A DNA stretch of 64,000 bases, taken from an uncultured Bacillota bacterium (GTDB taxonomy: Bacteria; Sysuimicrobiota; Sysuimicrobiia; Sysuimicrobiales; Segetimicrobiaceae). Both the position numbers and the translations under genes were made by a program. Every line of letters starts with the position of its first letter. Position 1 is the stretch's first letter. The DNA is taken from contig CAWDRG010000009.1 in the NCBI GenBank assembly GCA_963804645.1, positions 1,184,001 to 1,248,000 of the forward strand. The letters are read 5' to 3'. Positions 1 to 12,221 of this stretch are shown here, in pieces. The notes below the pieces were generated by a model. It worked only from the letters and a program-made list of their open reading frames with translations, was not told the DNA's origin and did no database searches.

Positions 1-1075
1 CGATCACGGTTAGGGTCACCGGCGTGGCGACCCCGGACTCGGCGATCAGCTGCTTCGCCTTTGCGATGTCGTACGTGTATGCCTTCAGGTTTTTGTCGAA
101 GTATAGGGTCGTGATCGGTAGGAACGATGTCGCTGGCGTGCAGTTGGCGTAGCACGTCGCCTTCACGATGCCGGCGCGGTCGGTCGCGTACGCGAGTGCC
201 TGGCGGAACTTCACGTTGTTGAGCGGCGCGGCGGTCACGTTCAGGAGCACCATGAAGACGGCCGTCGAGGGGTTCAGCTGCACGTCGAGGCGCGGATCCC
301 GCTGCAGCACGGACACTTGGGCGAACGGCGGGTAGTCGATCCCGTCAAGTTCGCCCGCCTGGAGCGCGATCATGCGGTCGTTGTCGTCTGGGATATAGCG
401 GAGGTGCAGCTCGTGCGTCCGCGGTTGCCCCTTCACGTAGTAGTAGGGGTTGGCCTGCATGTCGATCTCGTCGCCCTTCTTCCACGCCGTCATCATGAAC
501 GGGCCGGACCCGACCGGTTTGTTCGCGAAGTCGTCGGCCGTCGCGCCGCGAAACACCTTCATGGGGAGGATGCTGTTCGAGAACAGAGAGATGTCCGAGA
601 GAAAGGGTGCCCACGGCTGCTTCAGCGTAATCGCGACCGTGTGGTCGTTCACCGCGACGATCGCCTGCACGGGATCGAGGGCCCACTGCCACGGCCCGTT
701 GACGTCGTGCGCCCGCTGGAGCGACCACACCACGTCGTCCGCGGTGACCGGGTCGCCGTTCGAGAACTTCGCGTCCTGCCGCAGCAGAAACGTCCACGTC
801 TTGCCGTCGGAGGAGACGGACCATTTCTCGGCGAGGTCGGGGATGAACCCGTCGCCTGCGACGTTCACCCGTATCAGCTGTTGGTAGATCTGCATGAACG
901 CCCAGATATTGGGGTTCTGGTCCTGCGTGACCGGATCGAGGTTGGTGGCGGCCAGGTTGACGCCGAACTGGATCACGGACTTGTACCCCGCCGCCGTCGC
1001 GGGACTGAACTGCCCGGCCGCGAGTGCGGCCGCGACCACCAGGACCATCCCCATTCGCCCGATGCGTATCATCAT
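1..1075 (-). CDS. ABC transporter substrate-binding protein, family 5 (peptide/nickel type); 3' end runs off the window
   Basis: Read manually (not in ORF track): ATG at 1075 after GAGGAGG; MMIRIGRMGMVLVVAAALAAG signal-like N-terminus; LDPVT, PDLAEKWSVSSDGKTWTFLLRQDAKFSNGDPVTADDVVWS family-5 signature. Confidence 0.9.
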   Translation of the reverse strand, partial: MMIRIGRMGMVLVVAAALAAGQFSPATAAGYKSVIQFGVNLAATNLDPVTQDQNPNIWAFMQIYQQLIRVNVAGDGFIPDLAEKWSVSSDGKTWTFLLRQDAKFSNGDPVTADDVVWSLQRAHDVNGPWQWALDPVQAIVAVNDHTVAITLKQPWAPFLSDISLFSNSILPMKVFRGATADDFANKPVGSGPFMMTAWKKGDEIDMQANPYYYVKGQPRTHELHLRYIPDDNDRMIALQAGELDGIDYPPFAQVSVLQRDPRLDVQLNPSTAVFMVLLNVTAAPLNNVKFRQALAYATDRAGIVKATCYANCTPATSFLPITTLYFDKNLKAYTYDIAKAKQLIAESGVATPVTLTVI

Positions 1076-1278
1076 CCGCCTCCTCGAACAAACCGCTTCG
1101 GCGCGACTGACCGCCGTGCCCCGCGCGTGCTAAGGGTAGTATTTCACGAGAGTCGCGGAGACCGTTCGTGGGGCCCCAAGTGGCTTCCTCCTGCGGACCG
1201 CGGCCGGCGAGGCGTGCCGGCGCTGGGAGCGGTGGACGGGGTGCCCGGCCGATGGATCGGTCGGCGGCGCGAGCGGGG

Positions 1279-1782
1279 CTAGCGGTGGAGCTTCGTGAGG
1301 AGCGATGCCAGGCGGGACATCAGCCGGTCGAACCAGCCCGCGCGTGGAGCCGGGCCGACGCTCTGGTCCACGGTGCCGGCGTTCGGATCCGCGGCATCGG
1401 AGTTCGGGGCCGCGGATCCGGGCGTCCCGGAGTGCCCGCTCGGGACCACCATGAACTCGATCTCGCCGGGACGGACGAGGCCGAGCTCCGTCCGCGCGAG
1501 ATGCTCGATGTAGGCGTTGTCCGTCTGCAGGCGGCCGATCTCTTCGCGCAGCTCCTCGTTCCGGATCACGAGGGTCTGGCGCCGCTGGTCCAGCTGGGCG
1601 GCCTCCCGGGCGAGGGCGTACGTGCGCGCGTACTGGCCCACGAACGCCACGGTGCCCCAGACGGCGACCACCGCGGCGCACACCATCAGTACCTGACGCC
1701 GGCGGGACGGCGGCGGGCGCCGGACCTTCGGCTGGCGGGCCCGGAGGCGGGCCGCCGCGAGGCGGTGGCCGCGCGTTACCAT
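1279..1782 (-). CDS. ftsB: Septum formation initiator FtsB/DivIC family
   Basis: Single TM followed by coiled coil and NEELREEIGRLQTDNAYIEHLARTELGLVRPGE motif; lies downstream of eno; start chosen at internal ATG 1782. Confidence 0.85.
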   Translation of the reverse strand: MVTRGHRLAAARLRARQPKVRRPPPSRRRQVLMVCAAVVAVWGTVAFVGQYARTYALAREAAQLDQRRQTLVIRNEELREEIGRLQTDNAYIEHLARTELGLVRPGEIEFMVVPSGHSGTPGSAAPNSDAADPNAGTVDQSVGPAPRAGWFDRLMSRLASLLTKLHR

Positions 1783-2528
1783 CTCGCCGCCACGCGCGCG
1801 TGGAGCGCCCGGGCCGGCAGCGGCGGGCTCCGGCGCGGGGCGAACGTGCCCACGAGCGCCGCGCGGGTGCGCTGCCAGATGTCGAACGACCGAAGCACGC
1901 CCCGCCAAAACGGCGTCAGCGTGCCGTCCTGCTCGAGATGGAACCACGCGAGCGCGACCTGGCGAAGATACCGCGCGGTCTCGGGATACGGGGGCACGCC
2001 GTGGTGGTGCTCGACGGCGTCGGCGCCCGCGTTGTACGCGGCGAGCGCGAGCAGCAGGTTGCCGCCGAACCGCTCCACCAGGCGGTGCAGGTAGGACGCT
2101 CCCACCGCGAGATTCGCTGCGGGATCGTCCATGCACGGGGGGACGGTGAGCCTCGCGGTCTGCGGCGGGCACGCCTGGGCCGAATCAACCTCGCGCCAGG
2201 TGGTAGGCAGGACCTGCATCAGGCCGTACGCGCCGCTGCGCGACCGCGCGCGCGCGTTGAAGCCGCTCTCGGCGGCGACGACCGCCGCGACGATCGCGGG
2301 GTTGAGGGCATGCGCCGCCGCGGTGCGATTGATGAGATCGGCGTAGGGGATGCCGTGCACCGCGCGCGCGGGGCCGTCTCCGCGGCGAAAGCGCGCGATG
2401 GCCGACCGGATATGCTCCGTCGTCAGCAGGTAGGTGAACACGAGTGCGAGTAGGAGGGCCGCCGCGACGCATCCTGCACACAGCGCGATCCACCGCGGCG
2501 CCCCTCCCGCGCGGCGATCCTTGGCCAT
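1776..2528 (-). CDS. Lytic transglycosylase (SLT domain), membrane-anchored
   Basis: AESGF catalytic Glu, GAYGLMQV and ALAAYNAG motifs; N-terminal hydrophobic anchor. Confidence 0.9.
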   Translation of the reverse strand: MAKDRRAGGAPRWIALCAGCVAAALLLALVFTYLLTTEHIRSAIARFRRGDGPARAVHGIPYADLINRTAAAHALNPAIVAAVVAAESGFNARARSRSGAYGLMQVLPTTWREVDSAQACPPQTARLTVPPCMDDPAANLAVGASYLHRLVERFGGNLLLALAAYNAGADAVEHHHGVPPYPETARYLRQVALAWFHLEQDGTLTPFWRGVLRSFDIWQRTRAALVGTFAPRRSPPLPARALHARVAARW

Positions 2529-2580
2529 AACTGTTCCGAGAGTTCTGGGCTTGGCGCAGGATTCCTGCCTGCGGAGCCGC

Positions 2581-4179
<1,599 letters not shown>

Positions 4180-4193
<14 letters not shown>

Positions 4194-4980
4194 GCCACAG
4201 CGCGAGCAGCTCGTCCGGGGAGCAGTCGCGGATCGACCGGCCGCTCTCGCGCACCGCCTGTTCCAGGCGCGAGAACCGATCCCGGAACTTGTCACACGCC
4301 GCGCGCAGCACCTGCTCGCCGTCGAGCCCGAGATAGCGCGGCAGGTTGGCGACCGTGAATAGGAGATCGCCGAGCTCCTCGGCGACGCGCTCGGGGGCCT
4401 CGCCGGCGGACGCACGCTCGAGCTCCCCGAGCTCCTCGCGCACCTTGCCGGCGGCCTCGGGCAGGCCCGGCCACGTAAACCCGGCCCGGGCGGCGCGGGC
4501 CTGCATCTGCTGCGCGAGCGCCAGGGCCGGCAGCGCGCGCGGAAGCCCGCCGAGGGCGCCCTCGGCGGGCGCTCCGCCGCCGGGCGGGGCCGCCGCGCCG
4601 TCCCGCTCCTCCGCTTTGATCGCTTCCCAGCGCGTCAGGACGGCGTCCGGCGTCTCGGCCCGCGCGTCGCCGAAGACATGGGGATGGCGCCGCACGAGCT
4701 TCTCCGCGAGGCCGCTGACCACGTCGTCGATGGTAAAGGCGCCATCCTCGCGGGCCATCTGCGCATGAAACACGACCTGCAGCAGCAGGTCGCCCAATTC
4801 CTCGCGCAGCCGGTCCGGCGCGCCCGCGTCGATCGCCTCGAGCGTCTCATAGGTCTCTTCAAGCAGATACGACCGCAGCGTCGCGTGCGTCTGCTCGCGG
4901 TCCCACGGGCACCCTCCCGGACCGCGCAGGCGGGCCATGATCGCGACGAGGTCCTCGAACCCCTTCCGCTCGGCGTCCAT
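4180..4980 (-). CDS. mazG: Nucleoside triphosphate pyrophosphohydrolase MazG
   Basis: LRGPGGCPWDREQTH, EETYE, EELGDLL (twice), KLVRRHPHVF. Confidence 0.95.
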
Positions 4981-4981
4981 C

Positions 4982-7900
4982 TCAGCCCTTGCTCGGGCCG
5001 CGGCCGGCCGGCAGGCGCCGGTCGCCCCGGGCCCCCGCGAGCGACGGTCCGTCGAGGCGCGGCACGCCCGCCGCCACCCCCGCGGCTTGCGGCGGCAGGC
5101 CCGGGTGCAGCGCCCGCGACAACTCTTCCAGCACGTCCGCGACGGCGCGCACCGTTTCCTCAAACCCGGCGCCGGCGCGCACCCGGATGCCGTCCGAGGT
5201 CCACTGGGCGCCGCTCTTCGGGCGTCCGAGCCTGGCGCGCGCGCGCGCCGCGAGACTCTGCGGATCGGCGGGCCGGAGGAGCACGCCGTCGCCGTCCCGC
5301 GAGATCGCCGCGATCCCGACGCCGCGGGCGAGCACCCGGAGGCGGATCACCTCGCCCAGGCGCCGCGCCGGCTCCGGCAGCGGCCCGTAGCGGTCGCGCT
5401 GCTCCGCCAGCGCGGCGTCGAGGTCCTCGATCGTGCGCGCCTCCGCCAGCCGCCGGTAGGCCGCCATCCGCTGGCTCGGCGCGCTCACGTAGTCGTCCGG
5501 CAGGAACGCCTCGGCGTCCAGATCGACCGTGGTTTCCGGCAGCTCCTCGACGCGCTCGCCGCGGAGTTCCCGGACGGCTTCGTCGAGCAGGCGCATGTAC
5601 AGGTCGAACCCGACCGCGGCGAGATGACCGTGCTGCTCCGCGCCGAGCAGGTTGCCGGCGCCGCGGATCTCGAGGTCGCGCATCGCGAGGCGCAGGCCCG
5701 ACCCGAGCTCGACGAACTCGCGCATCGCGACGAGGCGCTGCTCGGCCTCGTGCGTCAGGCGCGCCCCACGCGGGTAGAGCAGGTACGCGTACGCCTGCCG
5801 GTCCGCGCGTCCGACCCGCCCGCGCAGCTGGTACAGCTGCGCCAGGCCGAGGAGGTGCGCGTTCTCGATGACGATCGTGTTCACGCGCGGGATGTCGAGC
5901 CCGATCTCGACGATCGTGGTGCAGACGAGCACCTTGTGCCGGCCCCCGAGGAAGTCCAGCATGACCTGCTCGAGCCGCGCTTCGGGCATCTGCCCGTGGG
6001 CGACCGCGACCCGCGCCTCGGGCACCGCGTCGCGAATGCGCCGGGCCGCCCGGTCGATCGTGTCGACGCGGTTGTGCACCACGTACACCTGTCCGTCGCG
6101 CGCGAGCTCGCGCCGGATCGAATCCTGGATCAGCGGCCGGTCGTCCTCACGGATGAACGTCTGGATCGGCTGGCGGGCGTCGGGGGGCGTCTCCATCACC
6201 GACAGGTCCCGGAGCCCGGCGAGCGACATGTGCAGCGTGCGCGGGATCGGCGTCGCGGTGAGCGTGAGGACGTCCACCTGGGTCCGCAGCTGCTTGAGAC
6301 GCTCCTTGTGGGCGACCCCGAAGCGCTGCTCCTCGTCGATGATCACCAGGCCGAGCGCGGGGAAGGTGACCGATTTGTTGAGCAGTTGGTGCGTGCCGAT
6401 CAGCACGTCCACCGCGCCGTCCCGCGCGGCCGCGATGATCGCCTTCTGCTCCTTCGGCGTCTTGAACCGGCTCAGCATCTCGACGCGCACCGGGAACGCC
6501 GCGAACCGCTCCCGGAAGACCGTCTCATGCTGCTGCGCCAACAGCGTCGTCGGCACGAGGACGGCGACCTGCTTGCCGTCCATCACCGCCTTGAACGCCG
6601 CGCGCAGCGCGACCTCGGTCTTGCCGTACCCGACGTCGCCGCACACGAGGCGGTCCATCGGCCGCGGCGCCTCCATGTCGCGCTTCACGTCCTCGATCGC
6701 CCGCAGCTGGTCCGGCGTTTCCTCGTACGGGAAGGCGTCTTCCATTTCGCGCTGCCACGGAGAGTCCGGCGCGAACGCGTGCCCGCCGGCGCGCTCGCGC
6801 TCCGCGTACAACTGCAGGAGCTCGCGCGCCATCTCCCGCGTGCGCTCCCGCACGCGGCGCTTCTCACGTTCCCACTCGCTGCCGCCGAGCCGGTGGATCT
6901 GGGGCGTCTGGCTGTCGGCGCCGACGTACCGCTGGACGAGATTGATCTGGTCCGTGGGCACGTAGAGCGTGTCGCCCTGGGCGTACTCCAGGTGCAGATA
7001 GTCGCGCCCGCCGTCGCCCATCGCGAGCCGCTCGAGGCCTCGGTACAGCCCGATCCCATGGTGGATGTGCACGACGAGGTCGCCGGGCACGAGCTCCGTC
7101 CAGCTCTCCAGCCGCGCGCCCTCGCGCATCCACCGCACTTTCTTCGCGCGGCGGTGCCAGCCGAGGATCTCGCTGTCGGTGATGACGACGAGATCCCCGA
7201 GTGCAAATCCCTCGGTGAGCGGGTGGGGGATGACGAGCGCGCGTCCAGGCTCGGGCACGTCGCCGATGCCGTCCAGCAGCGTATACGGGATCTCGTGCTC
7301 GGCGAGGAGCTCCGCCATCCGGTGCCCCTGGCGGCTCGCAATCACGACGCGGTCCTTGTCGGCGAGCCGCTGGCGGATGTGCCGGGCGAGTGCGTCCATC
7401 TGGCCGGCGAACGGCTCCACCGCCCGGAACCCGAACTCCACCACCTCGCCCTTGGCGGGCCGGTGGAGGGTCGACAACGACAGCCCCGCGCGCCCGTCGA
7501 GGACCTTCGCCACGCGGTCCCACCGCACGACGGGAAGCGGCACGTCGCGGGCGATCTGCTCGGTCTCGACCGCACGCTCGTACGCGGCGGCGGCGTGGTC
7601 GTAAAGGGCGCGTGCCTGGCGCTCGACTTCCTCCGGTTCGTCGAGCACGCAGACCGCGTCCGCGAGCGCCTCCGGCAGGACCGGCCCGTCGAGTCCCGAG
7701 ACGCGCGCGGCCAGCACGGTGACCCCGTCGAGCGCGGACACGGTCCGCTGCGTGTCGGGCTCGAAGACGCGGACCGACTCCACCTCGTCGCCGACCCACT
7801 CGATCCGGACCGGACGATCGTCCGTGGACGGGAAGACGTCGATCAGGCCTCCCCGCACCGCCATCTGCCCGGGCACCCCCACCAGGTCGACGCGCTCATA

Positions 7901-8398
7901 GCCGCCCGCCGACAGACGCGACGCGACGTCCTCAAGCCGTACCTGGTCGCCCACGCGGAGCGCCACGCGCGTCCCAGAGGTCCTGGTCGGATCGGGGAGC
8001 GGCGACAGCACGCCCGCGGCGGCGGCCACGACGACGACCGGATCGCCGCGCCGGACAGCCTCGAGCAGCCGCTGCCGCGCGCCTTCGGCCTCGACCGACG
8101 GGCGATCCTCAGGGGAGATCGTGTCCCACGGGGCCAGCACGTGGACGGTGTGGCTCCGGTCGGGGAGAAACGCCGACAGGTCGTCGGCGAGCTTCTCCGC
8201 CTGGTCGCGGGTCGGGGTGAGCACGATCCACGAGGGCACGCGGCCGCCGGCGTGCGCCACGCAGGCCGCGATGAGGCAGGCTTTCGCCGAGCCGGCCGGC
8301 CCCGTGACCCACGGGTGGCGACGGCGGGCGATTTCCTCGGAAACGAACAGAAACTCCCGTCTGCGCTGCAGAAGCGGGAGTACGCCGGACAGCGACAT
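4982..8398 (-). CDS. mfd: Transcription-repair coupling factor
   Basis: UvrB-like N-terminus, CarD-like RID (GDLVVHIHHGIG), GDVGYGKT, DEEQRFG, QLRGRVGR, TRG motif. Confidence 0.98.
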   Translation of the reverse strand: MSLSGVLPLLQRRREFLFVSEEIARRRHPWVTGPAGSAKACLIAACVAHAGGRVPSWIVLTPTRDQAEKLADDLSAFLPDRSHTVHVLAPWDTISPEDRPSVEAEGARQRLLEAVRRGDPVVVVAAAAGVLSPLPDPTRTSGTRVALRVGDQVRLEDVASRLSAGGYERVDLVGVPGQMAVRGGLIDVFPSTDDRPVRIEWVGDEVESVRVFEPDTQRTVSALDGVTVLAARVSGLDGPVLPEALADAVCVLDEPEEVERQARALYDHAAAAYERAVETEQIARDVPLPVVRWDRVAKVLDGRAGLSLSTLHRPAKGEVVEFGFRAVEPFAGQMDALARHIRQRLADKDRVVIASRQGHRMAELLAEHEIPYTLLDGIGDVPEPGRALVIPHPLTEGFALGDLVVITDSEILGWHRRAKKVRWMREGARLESWTELVPGDLVVHIHHGIGLYRGLERLAMGDGGRDYLHLEYAQGDTLYVPTDQINLVQRYVGADSQTPQIHRLGGSEWEREKRRVRERTREMARELLQLYAERERAGGHAFAPDSPWQREMEDAFPYEETPDQLRAIEDVKRDMEAPRPMDRLVCGDVGYGKTEVALRAAFKAVMDGKQVAVLVPTTLLAQQHETVFRERFAAFPVRVEMLSRFKTPKEQKAIIAAARDGAVDVLIGTHQLLNKSVTFPALGLVIIDEEQRFGVAHKERLKQLRTQVDVLTLTATPIPRTLHMSLAGLRDLSVMETPPDARQPIQTFIREDDRPLIQDSIRRELARDGQVYVVHNRVDTIDRAARRIRDAVPEARVAVAHGQMPEARLEQVMLDFLGGRHKVLVCTTIVEIGLDIPRVNTIVIENAHLLGLAQLYQLRGRVGRADRQAYAYLLYPRGARLTHEAEQRLVAMREFVELGSGLRLAMRDLEIRGAGNLLGAEQHGHLAAVGFDLYMRLLDEAVRELRGERVEELPETTVDLDAEAFLPDDYVSAPSQRMAAYRRLAEARTIEDLDAALAEQRDRYGPLPEPARRLGEVIRLRVLARGVGIAAISRDGDGVLLRPADPQSLAARARARLGRPKSGAQWTSDGIRVRAGAGFEETVRAVADVLEELSRALHPGLPPQAAGVAAGVPRLDGPSLAGARGDRRLPAGRGPSKG

Positions 8399-8418
8399 GA
8401 GAATTCCTCCGCTCGACT

Positions 8419-8447
8419 ATTGTACGGGAGGAGCCCGCGTGAGGCAA
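8419..8447 (-). promoter_or_regulatory. sigma70-type promoter of the mfd-mazG-eno operon
   Basis: Minus strand TTGCCT-17 nt-TACAAT, about 20 nt upstream of the mfd start. Confidence 0.7.
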
Positions 8448-8976
8448 TGGGGCGTGTCACGCGGTCGACGCGCGCGACGCGTCGGGATGCGCGGACGCGG
8501 AAGCCCCCGGCGAGGCCGGTGATCGAGGCCGGTCCGTCGTCACACAACCGGGGCACGAGCCGAAAGCGGGTGTCGTCGCCGAGGAGTCAGACGGCGCCCG
8601 CCAGACGCACGTCGCGGGGCGCGCAGCAGAATGCGTTTCTCGATGCGGGGCGCAGCTCGCGCGGACGCGGCGGCGTCTCCGCCGGGCTGCGGTCGATTAT
8701 TTCTTGGTCTTCGGCGGCGCCCCGGCTTTGACCGGGTTCTTCCGCCTCGGATGCCCCTTCCAATCCTTCGGCTTCTTTATGCAGACGCCGTCTTCGATGC
8801 ATGAGCTCACTTGATAGGTGCCCGAGAGCTTGTATTTGCATGTCTGCCGGCGTGATCGTGGCGTCGAGCGTGGATTGTGCGTGCCGTCCCTACTGGGCGC
8901 GAGCTCGTCGCGGTCGGCCGGTCGGCGCCCCGCGGGGACCGATCTTCCGGGGTACCGTCACGCGGCGGTCGGCCGG

Positions 8977-10752
8977 TTACTCGGTCGACGACGCCGGCGG
9001 GGCGGTGAGGGGCGCGCGGCTTCCCCGATACCAATTGGTGATCGGCAGCCGGCGGTCTCTGCCGAACGCCTTTGGGGTGATCTTGATGCCCGGCGGCGCC
9101 TGGCGCCGCTTGTACTCGCTGCGGTCGACCATCGCGATCACGCGCGCCACCACGGTCGGGTCAAACCCTTCCGCGACGATCTCGTCGGCCGAGCGGTCGT
9201 CTTCGACGTACCGCTCGAGAATCGGGTCGAGCGTCTCGTACGGCGGCAGCGTGTCCTGGTCGGTCTGATGCGCGCGCAGTTCGGCGGTCGGGGCGCGCTC
9301 GATGACGCCCGCCGGGATCAGATCCCGCCCGGCCCGGGCGTTGCGCCAGCGGGCGAGATCGTACACGAGCGTCTTCGGGACGTCCTTGATCACCGCGAAC
9401 CCGCCGGCCATGTCGCCGTACAGCGTCGCGTAGCCGACGCTCATCTCGCTCTTATTGCCGGTCGTCAGCACGAGCCAGCCGAACTTGTTCGAGAGCGCCA
9501 TGAGGAGATTCCCGCGGCTCCGCGCCTGCAGGTTCTCCTCGGTGATGTCGGGCGGCCGGCCGGCGAATGCCGCGCGGAGCGCGGCCTCGTATTCCTTCAC
9601 GACCCCGCCGATCGGCAGCTCGAGCACGCGGATCCCAAGCGCCTCGGCGAGGGCCGCCGCGAACCGGCGGCTGTCCTCGGAGGTAAACTCGGACGGCATC
9701 GTGACGCCGTGGACCGCGTCGGCGCCCAGCGCGTCGACCGCGACGCACGCCACGAGCGACGAGTCGACGCCGCCGCTCAGGCCCACGACGACGCCCCGGA
9801 AGCCGTTCTTCCGGACGTAGTCCCGCGTGCCGAGCACCAGGGCGCGGTACACTTCTTCCACCTCGCCCGGGGGCGCGGGCGGCGGGACGGTCGGCAGCGC
9901 GGGGCGTTCCATCCGTCCGGCCGAGTTCGAGAGCGTGTAGACGGGCGCTCGGATCCCCTCGTCGCGCAGCGCGTCCGTGGTCCGGATCGAGTTGTACCGG
10001 CGGATGCCTCGGATCGCTTCGACGTCGAGATCGGCGACGATGAGCGCCTCTTCGAACGCCGGCCCGCGGGCGACGATGTCGCCGGTCGGGCCGACGATCA
10101 GGCTCAGCCCGTCGAAGACGAGCTCGTCCTGGCCGCCGATCAGATTGTTGTAGACGACCGCCACGGCGTAATCGCGCGCCCGCGTCTTCAGCATCTCCTC
10201 GCGGAGGCGCCACTTGCCGCGCGCGTACGGCGATCCGTTGATGTTGACGGCCACGAGCGCGCCGGCGAGCGACTGCGCCAGCAGCGGGCCGCCGGGCGCC
10301 CAGATGTCCTCGCAGATCGTGACCCCGACCGGCACGCCGTGGATCACGAACACGGGGCTGTCGGTGCCCGGCTGGAAGTACCGCTTCTCGTCGAAGACCC
10401 CGTAGTTCGGCAGGCGCATCTTGCGATACACGCCGGCGATGCGTCCCTCGTGCAGCACGGCCGCCGCGTTGTACAGGTGATCGCCGGAGTCGGCGAACCC
10501 GACGACGGCGGCCGTCGAGGTCGCGTGCGGCGCGATCTCGGCGAGGCACCGGAGGTTGTCGCGGATGAAGTCGGTCTTGATCAGCAGATCTTCGGGAGGA
10601 TAGCCGGCGATCGCGAGTTCCGGGAAGGCGACGACATCCACGCCGAGCGATTGGGCTTCCTCGAGGCGCTCGATGATCTTGCGGGTGTTGCCCTCGAAGT
10701 CCCCGACCGTGGCGTTCATCTGGGCCATCGCGACCCGGAATCGAGGCGTCAT
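8977..10752 (-). CDS. nadE: Glutamine-dependent NAD+ synthetase (nitrilase-fold glutaminase plus synthetase)
   Basis: FPEL, LPNYGVFDEKRYF, ICEDIW catalytic triad motifs; GLSGGVDS, ENLQAR, TGNKSE, PTAEL, SEYKRRQAP. Confidence 0.97.
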   Translation of the reverse strand: MTPRFRVAMAQMNATVGDFEGNTRKIIERLEEAQSLGVDVVAFPELAIAGYPPEDLLIKTDFIRDNLRCLAEIAPHATSTAAVVGFADSGDHLYNAAAVLHEGRIAGVYRKMRLPNYGVFDEKRYFQPGTDSPVFVIHGVPVGVTICEDIWAPGGPLLAQSLAGALVAVNINGSPYARGKWRLREEMLKTRARDYAVAVVYNNLIGGQDELVFDGLSLIVGPTGDIVARGPAFEEALIVADLDVEAIRGIRRYNSIRTTDALRDEGIRAPVYTLSNSAGRMERPALPTVPPPAPPGEVEEVYRALVLGTRDYVRKNGFRGVVVGLSGGVDSSLVACVAVDALGADAVHGVTMPSEFTSEDSRRFAAALAEALGIRVLELPIGGVVKEYEAALRAAFAGRPPDITEENLQARSRGNLLMALSNKFGWLVLTTGNKSEMSVGYATLYGDMAGGFAVIKDVPKTLVYDLARWRNARAGRDLIPAGVIERAPTAELRAHQTDQDTLPPYETLDPILERYVEDDRSADEIVAEGFDPTVVARVIAMVDRSEYKRRQAPPGIKITPKAFGRDRRLPITNWYRGSRAPLTAPPASSTE

Positions 10753-10793
10753 CCTCATTCCTCCTGCGGCGGGTGCGCCACCCGTCGGCCTCC

Positions 10794-10802
10794 ATTATAA
10801 CA
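10794..10802 (-). promoter_or_regulatory. Extended -10 promoter for nadE
   Basis: Minus strand TGTTATAAT about 40 nt upstream of the start. Confidence 0.6.
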
Positions 10803-10904
10803 CCGGTCGATTTCACCGGCCGCGGCGAGGGGTTGTCCGCGTCGGATCCGAACCCCTTGCGTCGGCGCGGCGGTCGGTCGCCGCTGCGCCGACGGGGGGG
10901 CCTC

Positions 10905-12131
10905 ATGGGAAGTCAGTTGTCCGTGAGCGCGGCGGGCGCCGCGGGGTTTCTGGCGGACGTGCAGCACCTGACCGGCGCGCTCGGGGCGGCGCCGGCCCGT
11001 GCGGCCACCCCGGCGGCGGCGCTGCGGGAGATCCGGCACCTGGAGTGCGTGCAGATCGACCCCGTCGCCGTCGTCGAGCGCAACCAGCACCTGGTGCTCG
11101 CCGCGCGGGTGCCGGGCTACGCGCCCGCCCGGCTGGTCGAGCTGCTGCACCGGGGGCGGCTCTTCGAGTACTGGGCCAACGCCATCTGCGCGATTCCGAT
11201 CGAGGATTTTCCGATGTTTGAGGGGACGCGGCGGTGGTTTCAGCGGTACCTCGCGTCCGAGATCGCCGCGCTGCGACCGGTCGTGCGCCGGATCGTGGCG
11301 CAGCTCGAGAAAGAGGGTCCCCGGCCGGCGCGGGCCTTTGTGTCCCCGGAGCGGATCCGCGGCCATTGGGGGGCCGAGGCCAAAGCCACGTCCCACGCGC
11401 TGACGCTTCTGTTTCGCGCGGGCCGGCTCGTGGTCGCCAGGCGGGAGGGCGCGGAGCGGTACTTCGCGCTGCCGGAGCAGGTGATCCCCGCGGACCTGCG
11501 CGCCCGCGCGCGCGCGGTCACGACGGCGGAAGCGAACGACGCCCTGTTCGGGAAGTACGTCCGGGCGTGCCGAGTCTTCGATGCGCGCGATCCGCGGCTC
11601 GGATGGGGCAGGGTTCCCGCCGCCGCCCGGCGGAACGCGCTCGCACGCCGGCTTCGCGCCGGGGAGATCGTGCCGCTCAGGATCGAGGGGGTCGCGCGGC
11701 CGTACTTCGTGCGCGCGCAGGACGTCGACGCGCTCAGGCGCCGCGACGCGGCCGCGCGGGTCGGCGGCGAGCCGGACGAGGGGGTGCGCTTCCTCGCGCC
11801 GCTCGACAACCTGCTCTGGCGGCGTGAACGGCTCAGCGACCTCTTCGGCTTCGAGTATCGGTGGGAAGGATATACGCCGGTCTCGCAGCGCCGGTACGGC
11901 CACTACGCGATGCCGATCTTGAGCGGCGCCCGGCTGATCGGGAGGCTCGATCCGCGGCTCGACCGAGAGCGGGGGCGTCTCGTCGTGCGGCTGCTGCACC
12001 TCGAGCGGGGCGTTGCGCCGACCCGACGCCTGCGCGACCGCTTGGCCGCGGCGCTCGAGCGGTTCGCCGCGTTTCACGGGGCCCGCGACTACGCCGTCGA
12101 GCAGACCGACCCCCCGCGCCTGTGGAGGTAG
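10905..12131 (+). CDS. YcaQ/AlkZ-family (HTH_42) crosslink-repair DNA glycosylase
   Basis: VQIDP (QxD motif), LFEYW, LAPLDNLLW, FGFEYRWEGY, RYGHYAMPIL...IGRLD. Confidence 0.88.
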   Translation: MGSQLSVSAAGAAGFLADVQHLTGALGAAPARAATPAAALREIRHLECVQIDPVAVVERNQHLVLAARVPGYAPARLVELLHRGRLFEYWANAICAIPIEDFPMFEGTRRWFQRYLASEIAALRPVVRRIVAQLEKEGPRPARAFVSPERIRGHWGAEAKATSHALTLLFRAGRLVVARREGAERYFALPEQVIPADLRARARAVTTAEANDALFGKYVRACRVFDARDPRLGWGRVPAAARRNALARRLRAGEIVPLRIEGVARPYFVRAQDVDALRRRDAAARVGGEPDEGVRFLAPLDNLLWRRERLSDLFGFEYRWEGYTPVSQRRYGHYAMPILSGARLIGRLDPRLDRERGRLVVRLLHLERGVAPTRRLRDRLAAALERFAAFHGARDYAVEQTDPPRLWR

Positions 12132-12221
12132 GGCGGGCCGTCCCGCGCGCAGGACGAGGGCCCGCCGGCACAGCCGGCGGGCCCTCGCTCGTCTCTTCGC
12201 GGATCCGCGCCGCGCGTCCGC

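Noticed and set aside
8587..8841. 84-aa ORF-track ORF MQIQALGH...
   Set aside because: Codon third positions in its first half are mostly A/T, while the adjacent frame has the genome-like G/C bias
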